The translations under genes were made by a program, and so were the position numbers. Positions 24,405 to 38,292 of a DNA stretch of 64,000 nt are shown in pieces. The stretch lies in the NCBI GenBank assembly GCA_010909165.1, contig MU008168.1, forward strand, positions 1,178,001-1,242,000, read 5' to 3'. The notes under the pieces were generated by a model. The model worked only from the letters and a program-made list of their open reading frames with translations. It did not search any database and was not told the DNA's origin. Each line of letters opens with the position of its first letter. Within the stretch, counting starts at the first letter, position 1. The stretch comes from Anthoceros angustus (Eukaryota > Plantae > Anthocerotophyta).

Positions 24405-26118
24405 TGTGCCCGCGCAGAAGATCTGACATCAGGCAGACAGGTCCATTCCGATGTCCTGAGTAGTGTGCTTAACCCTGATGTATTTGTCGGGAGCTGCCTG
24501 GTGGAAATGTATGCAAGATGTGGGAGGTCGGATGATGCTCGTACAATCTTTGACAAGTTGGACTCGAGAAATGTGGTCACATGGAATACGCTGCTTGGAG
24601 GGTATGCTGAGGGTGGGCGTGGGCAAGAAGCCCTTGCGCTCTATGCAAGTATGCAAGAGGAGGAATCACTCTGCCTGACCATGTCACGTTTTGTGCCTCC
24701 TCAAAGCATGTGGGTGGTAGCAGTGGAACACTACACCAGGGAATGCGGCTTCATTCACAAATACAGGAAGCAGGTCTAGGGCATTGGAGCAGGAAGTCAG
24801 CTACATGACCAGTTTCAGGAGATGGGGCTGCAAGTTGACGTGGTCATTTCAGGCTGCCTGGTGGACATATATGCAAACTGTGGGAGCTTAGAGGATGCCC
24901 GCAGGGTGTTTGACGAGTCAGCCACAAGAGATGTCGTGACTTGGACTGCCATGCTCACTGCGTACGAGGAGCATGGTCTAGCCAAGAAGCGCTGTCTCTG
25001 TATGTGGTTGTGGGCAGCTGCCTAGTGGACATGTATGCGAAATGTGGGTGCTTGGATGATGCTCGGAGCGTGTTCTACACTCTGGATACCAGAGCCATCC
25101 TGACATGGAATGTGATGTTTGCAGGATATGTCTTGCACGGGCTGGGGCAGGAGGCCCTTGATCTCTATGCCGTCATGCATCACCGTGGAATCACGGCCGC
25201 TGATCATGTTACATTCGCCCGTCTTCTAAAGGCATGTGCTCGCATGGGAGCATTGCACACGGGGCACCAGCTCCATGCTCAGGTTCGAGAGAGATGTTTG
25301 AAAGCGGATGTGGTTGTGGGCAGCTGCCTGGTGAACATGTATGCAAAATGCGGGAGCTTGGACTGAGCCTGCAGAGTGTTTGAAAGCCTGCCCACAAAGA
25401 ACGAGGTGACATGGAGTGCGGTAGTTCTTGCAGCGTATGGTCAGCACGGGATGGGTCAGGAAGCTCTCATGTGCTACGACAAAATGGTGATGGCAGGCGT
25501 CCAGGCGAATGAAGTCCCGTTCCTTTCAATTCTCTCTGCCTGCAGTCATGCTGGCCTGGTGTGGGAAGGTCTGCAGTACTTCAAATCCATGGACAGATAT
25601 CACGGCATAGCTCCCAGAGCTGAGCACTATGCCTGTATGATACATCTCCTGGGACGTGCCGGACGCTTCACAGTGGTAGAAGAGCTCTTGTCAAGTATGC
25701 CGATGCAGCCTACTCTTTCCTTTCCATGTTAATGTCTCTGCTGGGCTTCCTGCAGGAAGCACAGTAATGTATCTCTCGCGGAGAACAAGTCTTCGATCTG
25801 GCAGTGCGTCTGCAGCCCACAAATGCCGCAGCATACATGTTGATGTCATAGATGTACGCTGATGCGGGCCTTCCAGAGGACGCCCATAGGGTGGACAAGC
25901 GCAGGAAGACGGAAAGTGCTGCGTGGAAAGAGCCAGGCTGGAGCTGGATAGCGCATGACGAGGAAGTGCACACCTTTCTGGCGGGCCGCGTCCAGAACTC
26001 ACAGCATAGTCAAGTGTATGACATGTTAGCCGAGGTAACCTGTAAGCTTAAGGAGGCAGCACAGGCAGAACAGAGCGTGTGCTCGGTATCCTCATCTCTG
26101 TCCGAGGGTCCCTCATGA
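24405..26118 (+). pseudogene. PLS-class PPR E+ pseudogene (copy B)
   Basis: Nearly identical to 2,619-4,331, with the same frameshifts and premature TAG (~25,849). Confidence 0.88.
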
Positions 26119-26746
26119 TGCGTCCCTCTGCCCTCTACCACGTGCAGGTCTTGAGAAATGGATGGTGTGCATTGCTTCTGGGAAGCTACGTGTATCCACG
26201 ACTTGCTCCGAAGACAGAAGACAGCTCACCTTGGGAGCGAGCATCAGGTGGCACAGGAATATACCTGTTCTGTTGTACATAGCAGTCTTGGTGAGATGAC
26301 AGAGAGCATTGCTTGACGTGGTGAAACACGAACCCAGCAAACAGTGTACGGATTGGGGCTGGACATCTCGCCTCCTCGAAACTATGGAAACTGTCAGGAG
26401 TCGGTCTCATCCGATTCCTTTCATGAAAGGGCCATCTTCAAGGACGAAAGAGAGAGAGTGCAGCGCTCCTGTAGTCCAAAATGTAGTCCGAAACCACTGG
26501 TGTCAGGAATGCCTCGTCGTGCAAAGTCTACAGTGTAGACAGCTTTGTAACAAGTATGTAGCTAGAGGCGCCTTTGCAGGCGTGCAGAAGTCGGAGGCGT
26601 GCAGTGCACGCTTCTCCGCGCCGCTGGCCAGCACTGGCCCAGGAGGAGTGGATTCCACTCTCTCTGGAGTGGGACGCCCTTGGTTCTGCTTGCCTTCTTT
26701 TGCAAGTCCTCCTCACAGGGTGAGACGTTGTTGTGAAGGTTGGGCT

Positions 26747-29700
26747 ATGGCGGATCCATCTCTTCCTGCCGGCGCCGCGCCGGTGGACCTGCTCCAGAGC
26801 CTCGAGTCCCGCTCGCCGCACCTGCGTGCTTTGCTTGCAGACCTGGAGTCCCACTCGCGACAGCCGTCGGAACTGCCGTCTGTTGATTTGTGGGGAAGCT
26901 ACTTCAATTGCGACTGCGAGGACGGGGAATGTCACCACCGCGAGGAATGGCACTGGGAGGTGCGCTTGCGTCTGCTCACAGCTATGGGCAGATGCCGGTC
27001 GCTCACGACAATTCGACTGAATCCTCGGCGGAAGATGGGTCACAGCGTGAGGCAGGACGAGGCGGTGGCGCTCTTATCAGGCTTGCAATACAACTTTGGG
27101 CTGACGGTGCTGGATCTGTATGGCTACAAGGGTTTTGGGACGGCAGCAGCCTGCCTGCAGTTGAGTGCCATCATCGACAGAACTTATCCCCCACTGGAAT
27201 CCCTCGGTCTGCAATATGTGGGATTGAGTGCAGAAGGCCTGGGTGCCATCGCTGCAGCCCTTGGACGCAATGCCAGCTCATCAGTGCTGTCCAGCTTGTC
27301 TCTGTGTGGGAACGACATTGGGAATGCTGTCGGGGCGCAACACTTGGCCGACATCCTTACCAACTCGCCCAAGCTCCGCATACTCTCGATGAGCAACGTA
27401 GGGATGGACGAGGAAGGAGCCGTGGTGATTGCACAGGCCCTGGCGCATACCACCACACTGGCCGAGCTCACAATCGGAGATCCTGCGCCCCGGAATCCAA
27501 ACCAGCGCGCCCATGTTCCTCGTTCCATTGCTCCAAGCTTTGGTGTGGCACACCCCAGGCGGATCCTCCAGCTGCTGTTTCTGGCAATCACTCCATCACA
27601 CGGCTTGTCCTTGGGTGTCCGGGAGGCCAGGAGGCTGTGGAGCCGGGGCTGGGAGAAGCCCTGGCTCAGGTGCTTCACCAACCGGGCTCTGAAAGACCTC
27701 AAACTATCCAGCTTCTTCGTCACACGCGGATTGGGAGCTCTGCGAAAACAGCAGCATCACCAACTCCTGGTGTTCACTCGCCGCAGTCGGAGGATGATGA
27801 CATGGATCCCATGCTGACCACCATCCTGGATGAGTGCAAGACTGTTGAGAGGTGCAGATCCAGTTTGACAAGCCCTTTGGTCCGTCCAGCTTCACCAAGG
27901 CGTTTTTCCAAGGGTTCCTGCAGAAAACCGCAGCATCAACAGGCTGGTGTTGGATGGCTGGGATGGGCTGGACGACGAGATGTTTGAAGACCTGATTCAA
28001 TCCCTGTCCACCAACACCCACCTCAGGCTGGAGCATCTCCATCAAGGGCACCTCATGGGAAAAGCAAGGCAGGGCGAACGTCTGCAGAAAGCGAGATGCA
28101 TTGCGAGTGCAGCCGGAGCTGGTGCGTTGCTTGCAGACCTGGAGTCCACTCGCCAGGGCGGTCCAGGTCGTGGTTAGTGTTGATTCGTGACGCGACTCCC
28201 ATGGAACTGGGAGGACTGTTGATTCGTGGGGAAGCTACTTCAATTGCGACTGCGAGGACGGGGAATGTCACCACCGCGAGGAATGGCACTGGGAGGTGCG
28301 CGTCTGCTCACAGCTATCGGCAAATGCCGGTCGCTGAGGAAGATTCATCTGAATCCTCGGCGGAAGAGGGTCACAGCGTGAGGAGGACGAGGCGCTGGCG
28401 CTCTTATCAGGCTTGCAACACAACTTTGGGCTGAGGTGCTGAATCTGTATGGCTACAAGGGTTTTGGGACGGCAGCAGCCTGCCTGCAGTTGAGTGCCAT
28501 CATAGAACTTCTTCCTGACTTGCTCGGTCTGCAATATGTGGGATTGAGTGCAGAAGGACTGGGTGCCATCGCTGCAGCCCTTGGACTCATCAGCTGTCCA
28601 GCTTGTCTCTGTGTGGGAACGACATTGGGAATGCTGTCGGGGCGCAACACTTGGCCGACATCCTTACCAACTCGCCCAAGCTCCGCATATCTGGATGAGC
28701 AACATAGGGATGGACGAGGAAGGAGCCGTGGTGATTGCACAGGCCCTGGCGCATACCACCACACTGGCTGGGCTTAGAATCGGAGATCCTGCGCCCCGGA
28801 ATCCAAACCAGCGCGCCCATGTTCCTCGTTCCATTGCTCCAAGCTTTGGTGTGGCACACCCAGGCGGATCCTCCAGCTGCTGTTTCTGGCAATCACTCCA
28901 TCACACGGCTTGTCCTTGGGTGTCCGGGAGGCCAGGAGGCTGTGGAGCCAGGCTGGGAGAAGCCCTGGCTCAGGTGCTTCGCACCAACCGGGCTCTGAAA
29001 GACCTCAAACTATCCAGCTTCTTCGTCACACGCGGATTGGGAGCTCTGCGGGAAAACAGCAGCATCACCAAACTCCTGGTGTTCACTCGCGGCAGTCGGA
29101 GGATGATGACATGGATCCCATCCTGACCACCATCCTGGATGAGTGCAAGACTGTTGAGGAGGTGCAGATCCGGTTTGACAAGCCCTTTGGTCCGTCCAGC
29201 TTCACCAAGGCGTTTTTCAAGGGTTGCTGCAGAAAACCGCAGCATCAACAGGCTGGTGTTGGATGGCTGGGATGGGCTGGACGACGAGATGTTTGAAGAC
29301 CTGATTCAATCCCTGTCCACCAACACCAACAGGACCTCAGGCTGGATCACATCTCCATCAAGGGCACCTCATGGGAAAAGCAAGGCAGGGGCGAACGTCT
29401 GGAGAAAGCGTTGGGAGCTGCGAGTGCAGCCGCAGCTGCGTGCGTTGCTGCAGACTTGGAGTCCCACTCGCCAGTGCTGGGTGCGCCCACGGAACTGGGA
29501 GGATCCTGTTGATTTTGTGCTACTTCAATTGCGACTGCGAGGACAGGGAATGTCACCACCGCGAGGAATGGCACTGGGAGGTGCGCTTGCGTCTGCTCAC
29601 AGCTATCGGCAGATGCCGGTCGCTCAGGAAGATTCAACTGAATCCTGCGGAAGAGGGTCACAGCGTGAGGCAGGACGAGGCGGCGCTCTTATCAGGCTTG

Positions 29701-32700
29701 CAACACAACCTTGTGCTGGAGGAGCTGGAATCTGTTTGGCTACAAGGGTTTGGGACGGCAGCAGCCTGCCTGAGGCACTGATTGCCGTCATCGACAGAAC
29801 TCATCGCTCACTGGACTTCCTCGGTCTGCAATCTGTGGGATTGAGTGCAGAAGGACTGGGTGCCATCGCTGCAGCCCTTGGACGCAATGTCAGCTCTTCA
29901 GTGCTGTCCAGATTGTCTCTGTGTGGGAACGACATCGGAATGCTGTCGGGGCGCAACACTTGGCCGACATCCTTACCAACTCGCCCAAGCTCCGCAACTC
30001 TGGATGAGCAACATAGGCATGGACGAGGAAGGAGCCGTGGTGATTGCAGGCCCTGGCGCATACCACTACACTGGCTGGGCTTAGAATCGGAGATCCTGCG
30101 CCCCGGAATCCAAACCAGCGCGCCCATGTTCCTCGTTCCATTGCTCCAAGCTTTGGTGTGGCACACCTGGCGGATCCTCCAGCTGCTGTTTCTGGCAATC
30201 ACTCCATCACACGGCTTGTCCTTGAGTGTCCGGGAGGCCAGGAGGCTGTGGAGCCGGGGCTGGGAGAAGCCCTGGCTCAGGTGCTTCACCAACCGGGCTC
30301 TGAAAGACCTCAGACTATCCAGCTTCTTCGTCACACGCGGATTGGGAGCTCTGCGGGAAAACAGCAGCATCACCAAACTCCTGGTGTTTCACTCGCGGCA
30401 GTCGGAGGATGATGACATGGATCCCATCCTGACCACCATCCTGGATGAGTGCAAGACTGTTGAGGAGGTGCAGATCCGGTTTGACAAGCCCTTTGGTCCG
30501 TCCAGCTTCACCAAGGCGTTTTTCAAGGGTTGCTGCAGAAAACCGCAGCATCAACAGGCTGGTGTTGGATGGCTGGGATGGGCTGGACGACGAGATGTTT
30601 GAAGACCTGATTCAATCCCTGTCCACCAACACCCACCTCAGGCTGGATCACATCTCCATCAAGGGCACCTCATGGGAAAAGCAAGGCAGGGGCGAACGTC
30701 TGGAGAAAGCGTTGGGAGCTGCGCGAGTGCAGCCGCAGCTGCGTTGCAGACTTGGAGTCCGAGTCGCCAGTGCTGCAGAACTCCCATCTGTGGATTTGTG
30801 GGAAGCTATTTCGATTGCCTTTGCCAGGAGGCCTACAGGAGTGTCAACACCGGGGCAGTGGCAGTGGTACGTACGCCTGCGCCTGCTCACAGCTATCGGC
30901 AAATGCCGGTCGCTGAGGAAGATTCATCTGAATCCTCCGGAGGAGGGCACTTACAGCGTGAGGAGGTAGAGGCGCTGGCGCTGCTATCAGGCTTGCAACA
31001 CAACCTTGTGCTGGAGGAGCTGAATCTGTATGGCTACAAGGGGTTTGGGACGGCACCTGCCTGCAGGCATTGACTGGCGTCATCGACAGAACTTATCTCT
31101 CACTGGACTTGCGGTCTGCAATATCTGGGATTGAGTGCAGAAGGACTGGGTGCCATCGCTGCAGCCCTTGGACGCAATGCCAGCTCTCAGTGCTGTCCAG
31201 ATTGTCTCTGTGTGGGAACGACATCGGAATGCTGTCGGGCGCAACACTTGGCCGACATCCTTACCAACTCAAGCTCCGCAATCTGGATGAGCAACATAGG
31301 CATGGACGAGGAAGGAGCCGTGGTGATTGCACAGGCCCTGGCGCATACCACTACACTGGCTGGGCTTAGAATCGGAGATCCTGCGCCCCGGAATCCAAAC
31401 CAGCCGCGCCCATGTTCCTCGTTCCATTGCTCCAAGCTTTGGTGTGGCACACCCTGGCGGATCCTCCAGCTGCTGTTTCTGGCAATCACTCCATCACACG
31501 GCTTGTCCTTGGAGTGTCCGGGAGGCCAGGAGGCTGTGGAGCCAGGGCTGGGAGAAGCCCTGGCTCAGGTGCTTCGCACCAACCGGGCTCTGAAAGACCT
31601 CACACTATCCAGCTTCTTCGTCACACGCGGATTGGGAGCTCTGCGGAAAACAGCAGCATCACCAAACTCCTGGTGTTCCACTCGCGGCAGTCGGAGGATG
31701 ATGACATGGATCCCATGCTGACCGCCATCCTGGATGAGTGCAAGACTGTTGAGGAGGTGCAGATCCGGTTTGACAAGCCCTTTGGTCCGTCCAGCTTCAC
31801 CAAGGCGTTTTTCAAGGGTTGCTGCAGAAAACCGCAGCATCAACAGGCTGGTGTTGGATGGCTGGGATGGGCTGGACGACGAGATGTTTGAAGACCTGAT
31901 TCAATCCCTGTCCACCAACACCAACACCCACCTCAGGCTGGATCACATCTCCATCAAGGGCACCTCATGGGAAAAGCAAGGCAGGGGCGAACGTCTGGAG
32001 AAAGCGTTGGGAGCTGCGCGAGCTGGCTGCCGCTGCAGCTGGGAGTGCAGCCGCAGCTGCTGCGTTGCTCGCAGACTTGGAGTCCGAGTCGCCAGTGCTG
32101 CAGAACTCCCATCTGTGGATTTGTGGGAAGCTATTTCGATTGCCTTTGCCAGGAGGCCTACAGGGAGTGTCAACACCGGGGCAGTGGCAGTGGTACGTAC
32201 GCCTGCGCCTGCTCACAGCTATCGGCAAATGCCGGTCGCTGAGGAAGATTCATCTGAATCCTCAAGGGAGGGCGGGCACTTACAGCGTGAGGGAGGTAGA
32301 GGCGCTGGTGCTGCTATCAGGCTTGCAACACAACTCTGTGCTGGAGGAGCTGGGGCTGTGTGGCTACGTGGGCTTTGGGACGGCACGCTGCCTGCAGGCA
32401 CTGACTGGCGTCATGGAGAGATGTTATGTCTCATTGGACTTGCTGGATCTGCGATATCTGGGATTGAGTGCAGAAGGACTGGGTGTCATCGCTGCAGCCC
32501 TTGGACGCAACGGCAGCTCAGTGCTGTCCAGATTGTGTCTTTGTGGGAACGACATCGGGAATGCTGTCGGGGCGCAACACTTGGCCGACATCCTGAGGAA
32601 TCCGATCCTCCGCAGTCTCTGGATGAGCGATATTGGCATGGACGAGGAAGGAGCCGTGCTGATTGCAGAGGCCCTGGCGAACACCACCACCCTAGCCGAG

Positions 32701-35700
32701 CTTAAAATCGGAGATCCTGTGTTCCTTGTTCGACTGCTCCAAGCTTTGGTGTGGCACACCCTGGTGGATCCTCCAGCTGCTGTTTCTGGCAATCACTCCA
32801 TCACACGGCTTGTCCTTGAGTGTCCGGGAGGCCAGCAGGCCGTGGAGCCGGACTGGGAGAAGCCCTGGCTCAGGTGCTGCGCACCAACCGTGCTCTCACT
32901 GACCTCAGACTTGCCAGCTTCTTCGTCACACGCGGATTGGAAGCGCTACCTGAAAACAGCAGCATCACCCAACTCCAAGTAAGTCACACGCGGGATTCGC
33001 AGGATGATGACATGGATCCTATGCTGATCACGATCCTTCAGGAGTGCAAGAATGTCCAGCAGCTGCAGCTTCAGTTTTATAAGCCCTTTGGTCCATCCAA
33101 CTTCTCCAAGGCGTTTTTCCAAGGGTTGCGGGATAATCGTAGCATCAAGACGCTTGTGTTGGATGACTGCGAAGGATTGGATGACTACATGTTCCAGAAC
33201 TTGATGCGGTCTCTGGGACGCAACTGCAACAACGTCCTGGAGAACATTTCCATCAAGAAAACAACCTGGGAAAGCGAAGGCAAAGGAATATACATCCAGA
33301 ATGCTCTCTCAAGGAACATGCGCAGAAGAAGCGCTGCTCCGCAGGGTAGGTGCCCCAAGCCAGTAGCTTGCTACCCTTGTCCTGATTTGTATCTACTGTC
33401 AGAACCCACGAACCCAGATGTATACTGACCCCTTCTCACTTGTGCAGGTTCGGAAGGAGTGCCACCACCGGTCACGGCAACTGTGGCAACCTCTGATGCC
33501 GCAGCAGGTAATGAAACTACATGAATCCATGGATTTGATCCAACCACTTCCAAGCTGTTGTTGTTGTTGCAACTAGTTTGAATGCCTGTACCGAATGCAC
33601 CACTTGATGCTGCTGCTGGCAGGCAGTCTGATGATTGACTGATTGGCTGTTTTGTTTTCACCACAATTTCCAGTTGCTGTTCCTGAGGAGCTCAGTGCCC
33701 TGCTTGCCGAGCTCGACTCACCTTCGCCTACACTCAGTCGTCTTCCTCGTGTGGAAGCGTTTGGGCACTTGTTCGAGAGGGACGTGGAACATCCAAAGGT
33801 GGAACTTGAACTGCGCATGCGCCTTATGAAGGCTATCGGGAAATGCCCCACACTCAGATTCATAGATCTCGACCCTCTTGGGCGTCGAAATTACAGCGTG
33901 ACGATGGCAGAGGCGACGGCGCTGCTGGAAGGCCTGAGGTCGAATGCAATAGTGCAACGGCTGGACTTGAGTGGCTTCCTTGGTTTTGGAACAGGTGAAG
34001 TCTGCGCTGCAATCGCCGCTATCTTGCAATCCAGCCGCACCTTGCAAGAACTGAATATGGGATTCACTGGCATGACTGCCGAAGGACTGGCTTGCATGCG
34101 AAATAATAGCAGCACTGTGCTTCGCACCTTGAACCTTGCTGGAAACACGACTGTGGGAGATGGTGTTGGAGCTCAACACCTGGCTGATATCCTGACCAGC
34201 ACTCCCGCTCTTCGCCACCTGGGGATGTGGGATATAGGGATGGATGCGGCGGGAGCATTGATAATAGGGGATGCTCTGGCACAGAACACCACACTTGACA
34301 GGCTGGACATAGGATTTAATCAAGCGTCAAGGCCAAAGCAGGCAGGGATGATGGCCACGCTGTTAGCTCGAGCATTCACCCTGGCATGCTGGACCAAATT
34401 GCTCCCAAGCTTTTCTGTTAACGAGTCTGTCACACATCTCCAGCTGGAAGTATGGGGAGCAGGACAGCAGCCTGTCATCGCTGAGTTGGGAGAAGCTGTG
34501 GCCCGCATGCTGCGGTCGAACATGACTTTAAGGCATCTCGATGTATGTAGCTGCTTTATAAGCCAGGGATTGGAGGGATAACAGCAGCGTTATCCGTGTG
34601 ACAGTCCGACATGGTAGCTCTAGTGCTGAGGACTAAGAGGATGTGATGCCAATCCTGCAGACCAGACAGTGGAAAAGTTTACAATTAGCTCAGAACAGTT
34701 TGGGACCTTTGGGATCATCCGACCTCCCAAGACGTTTTTCAAATCGTTGCAGGACAATCGTTACCTCAACAGGTTGGTGTTGGATGGCTGGAAAGGGTTG
34801 GACGACCATATGTTCCAAGACCTGTTGCGGGCTCTGCAAGTGAACACCAATTTGGAGAATATATCGTTCGAGAACACTGTGTGGAAAAGTCAGGGAAAAG
34901 GAGCTGCAGTGGATGAGGTACTACGGCAAAACAGGGAATACCGAAAAGCTCTGGCAGGGGCTCCAACAATGCCAGTGAAATCATGTCGCCTCGTACTTTG
35001 TGGATTTCCACAAGCAGGTGAGCGACATGCTGAACCCAAAATTTTACAATCCCAAATGGCGTAGTTTGCATACTTCATTGCAGTTGTTTCGGTCTTTCAC
35101 TACAGCTGTTTTCTTGTCTTTATTGCCGTTGTTTTCGTCTCCAGAGTGAAATTGGTGGGAAATGTTGATGTTCAGGGAAAACCACGATACGGAATACGTT
35201 AATGAGTATGCAAACACACGAAAACGATGTGGAGATCGAGGGTGAAACGATTTCGAAACGTATACCTCGAACTCTTGGGTTTGAGGTTGAGGTGATAAAA
35301 GATGGTCCAGCCTTGAGAATAACCGTTTGGGATCTTGCAGGGCACAAGGAGTTTCATGCTCTTCACGATGTGGTCTTTCCTGCTGTGAATAGCTCTTCTC
35401 TCTTCTTGTTTGTCTATAACCCGTTCAAACTGGGTGGTAATTATTCAAGTGCGGACATGAAGGAGAGAAAGGATTTTCGAGATGAAATTATTTATTGGCT
35501 TAAATTTATTGCTTCCAACTCGCGGTTAGCTCAACAGGTGAAACCTTATGTTCATGTGGTGGTAACATTTAATGACAAGCTTGAAGTGGGGATGTTTTCG
35601 TTTGAAATACTGGACGAATTACGGGTGATGAAGAAAAAGTTTATGGCTATTGTGGAAATATCTGATGATCCCGCTTTTATCAATGGACAAAATTGGAAAG

Positions 35701-38028
35701 ATGTGTATGAAGTACGCAGGCTTGTACAGGAAAAGCTACAACAACGTATTAGCACATTGGCTCCGATTCCTAGCATTTGTGAGCAGATCCGTGTACATGT
35801 ACGGAATTGGGCTGAGGATAAACATGGTATGCCAATCATTTCTATTAAAAAGTTTATCGAGTTGTTTTACAGCACATGTAAGGTGGCAATAGGGCATCCA
35901 CTCATCTCAAAGTCTTATAGAACATTTGTTAGAGACTTCATGGACAAGAAGGATAGCTGGAAAGTAGTAGCATCATATCTCAAGGATTCAGGGGAGATCA
36001 TATATTTCCAAATGTCACAGCTTATGGTCATCAACCTCCGATGGTTAGGAATGGGCGTTTTGGTCAGTTAGTATATTTGGTGAACGGACAATAGATTGGC
36101 TTCAAGTTCAAAATGGGTTCATTAGCAAATTTGAGTAGCCTTCTAAAATGTCTTTGAACAAGGTAGGGCTTGATGAAACCATTGTGAGCGAGGAACAATT
36201 CATCCAATTGATGTGTGAGTTGCACCTTGCCATGAAAGTGGAGATGAGGAAGGAGAAGTCAATATTTTGTTCCAATATGTATGTATAAAGAAGAAGATGG
36301 ATTAGGAGTTGATCAAGCAGTTAGTATGGCCTTCACGGTGGTAATCTTCATGATTATATCTTTATGGGTTTGCGTCTACAATGTGATGATCAAGATTGTA
36401 CATTCCTCACACCAGGATTTTTTCCTAGGTTACAGGTTCGTAACTTTTCTGAAGTTGAATATCTTTTGTTTTATGTCCTGAAACTTCTTCTTGTTTTATT
36501 ATTATTAACTACTCTAGTCTCATTGTTCCTATATATTGTAGGTACTTTTATACAAATATTGTTTGAAAAAAGGCTGGGTTGATGAGGAAAGACCAATTGA
36601 TTCAGAATAAAATTGGAGCCTAATGTCCTTTTAATATCTGCAGAGGCAATGGATATCTTTGTGGAATTTAATGCCAAAGTGGGTTGTTACATAGATATAT
36701 TGGCTCGATCTACTCAAGGCTATTTAGAGTCCATGTCATTTCTGGAGGATCATATTGAATCTCAGATTCGGTCATTTTGTGCTTCGCATGAGGGTTGTGC
36801 AGGGGTCACACTAGTTGAAGGTGTTCTTCGACATGAATGTGTAATGTCCCTCACTCTATGCAGATACAGGAGATACGAGTGTATTCTGACAAACGAGCTA
36901 GTTGAAAAGGTGGTTGATGCAAAGGATCGACGTCTTGCACACTACACGCAATCTTGGAAGTGTATGCGGCGGCCGACTCATCATTTTAAAGGCCAACATA
37001 GAGTATGCAACGTGGTGGATGGTCATGTCATTTTGGGACAAAAGAGGACCTTGCAAAGCGAGCGAGTTCCAAGGTTTGAAGCTCTCAATTGTGGATAGTT
37101 TGTGTTGCACTAGGTGTCCTTCTTCTCTTCACATGTAGTTTCTAAGTAGCTTTGCACAAGTAGGCCGTTTCTTGCATACTCTAAGGCTATACATTGCAGG
37201 ATTGAAATCTAGTAGTTGCTTTGGTGGAACTTCTACAGCTATCCCATAGTAGCTTTGCGAAAGAACAACTGATTGTTGGGAGTAGTTATCCTAACCATGG
37301 TGTGGAAGAAGGTAATCGAAGAGGTTTGGCAATGATTGTGAGTGCGGAAGAGGATAGACTGGAGGATCAGACAGAGGGCGACTTGATTTTCTTTTCAACA
37401 CATTGGGCTTTCATCTGATATTTTAGTGGACAGTTCGAGTGTCAAAGCACATTTAGGAAAGTTGCCGATCTCTGCCTTGAAAAGGACGATTGCTTTGTGT
37501 GTTGCATCAATGCTCATGGGGGGATTGAAGAAAATGGCAGAGACTACATTGAAATTGGAAAACCACCGGAGAAGCTATATGTTTACGATGACATCGTGAA
37601 GCCCATCTTGAATCCAAGTGGTTGAAAGACAAGCCTAAGGTGTTTTGATCAATGCTTGTCGAGCCATCCAAAGTGGGAAAGCTAAGGACTCAAGTCGAGG
37701 GTAGCCAAATTGTGAGTGAGAGAGCCGGAGAAGATCTCGCCTGCTTTCCGAGAAGGATTGTCTCATCTTCTTCTCGACCAGTCATGGACAACAATCGTTT
37801 AGAGATGTCAACAATGGCTCAAACTTTATCATAGCTTTGATGGAAGCCATCATTGAGGGGTCGGAAAAAAAGGATGATATGTTCAGCATTTTAACATCAG
37901 TGATTGCCAAGGTCACGGAGATGCCACGTTGGCTCCGAAATCAAGAAGGGTCTTATGAGAGGAGACCCCAGTGTCCGGTGTTTTCCTCCACACTCACGAG
38001 AAAGCTTTGGTGGTGGCCTCGGCCTTAG
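26747..38028 (+). CDS. Giant LRR(5+1 domains)-ROC-COR-caspase-like protein (copy B); frameshifted in this sequence
   Basis: ATG 26,747 (MADPSLPAG). Intact 312-aa LRR ORF 33,643-34,581. GFPQAG|KTTIR P-loop. 289-aa ROC ORF 35,202-36,071 (WDLAGHKEFHALHD). CCINAHGG at ~37,500, INACRA at ~37,657, C-terminus QCPVFSSTLTRKLWWWPRP* (stop 38,026-28). Confidence 0.85.
26790..33345 (+). repeat. Coding tandem array of five ~1.3-kb LRR-domain units
   Basis: MDP.LT.ILDEC marker at ~27,800, 29,110, 30,417, 31,707 and 33,010. Confidence 0.92.
37310..38028 (+). other. Caspase-like catalytic domain of copy B gene
   Basis: DCFVCCINAHGGIEENG is in one frame here (His codon 37,515-17). aatgcttgtcga = NACR (Cys codon 37,657-59). 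C-terminal STLTRKL motif intact. Confidence 0.85.
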
Positions 38029-38213
38029 GTGCAAGGAAGCAGCCCGGCAAAAGTTGGATTGAGCATGAGCAGAAGGTTCACACATTTCGAGTTGCAGACC
38101 AAGAGCATCAGGAAGCACCATTGCTATATGCATTGCTGGAAGACCTAACCACTAAGCTAAAGGAGGCTGGGTATGTAGACTTCGAGGAAAGCTGGCATGG
38201 AGAGCTGAATTGA
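38029..38213 (+). pseudogene. Orphan PPR E2/E+ tail fragment (copy B)
   Basis: Same sequence as 20,275-20,459. Confidence 0.75.
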
Positions 38214-38292
38214 ACACAAGGCAGATGTCGTAGTAGTAACCTTCATTTATCAGCAATTAAGCTTAGTACATTCAAAGAGTGATTTCTTCTGG

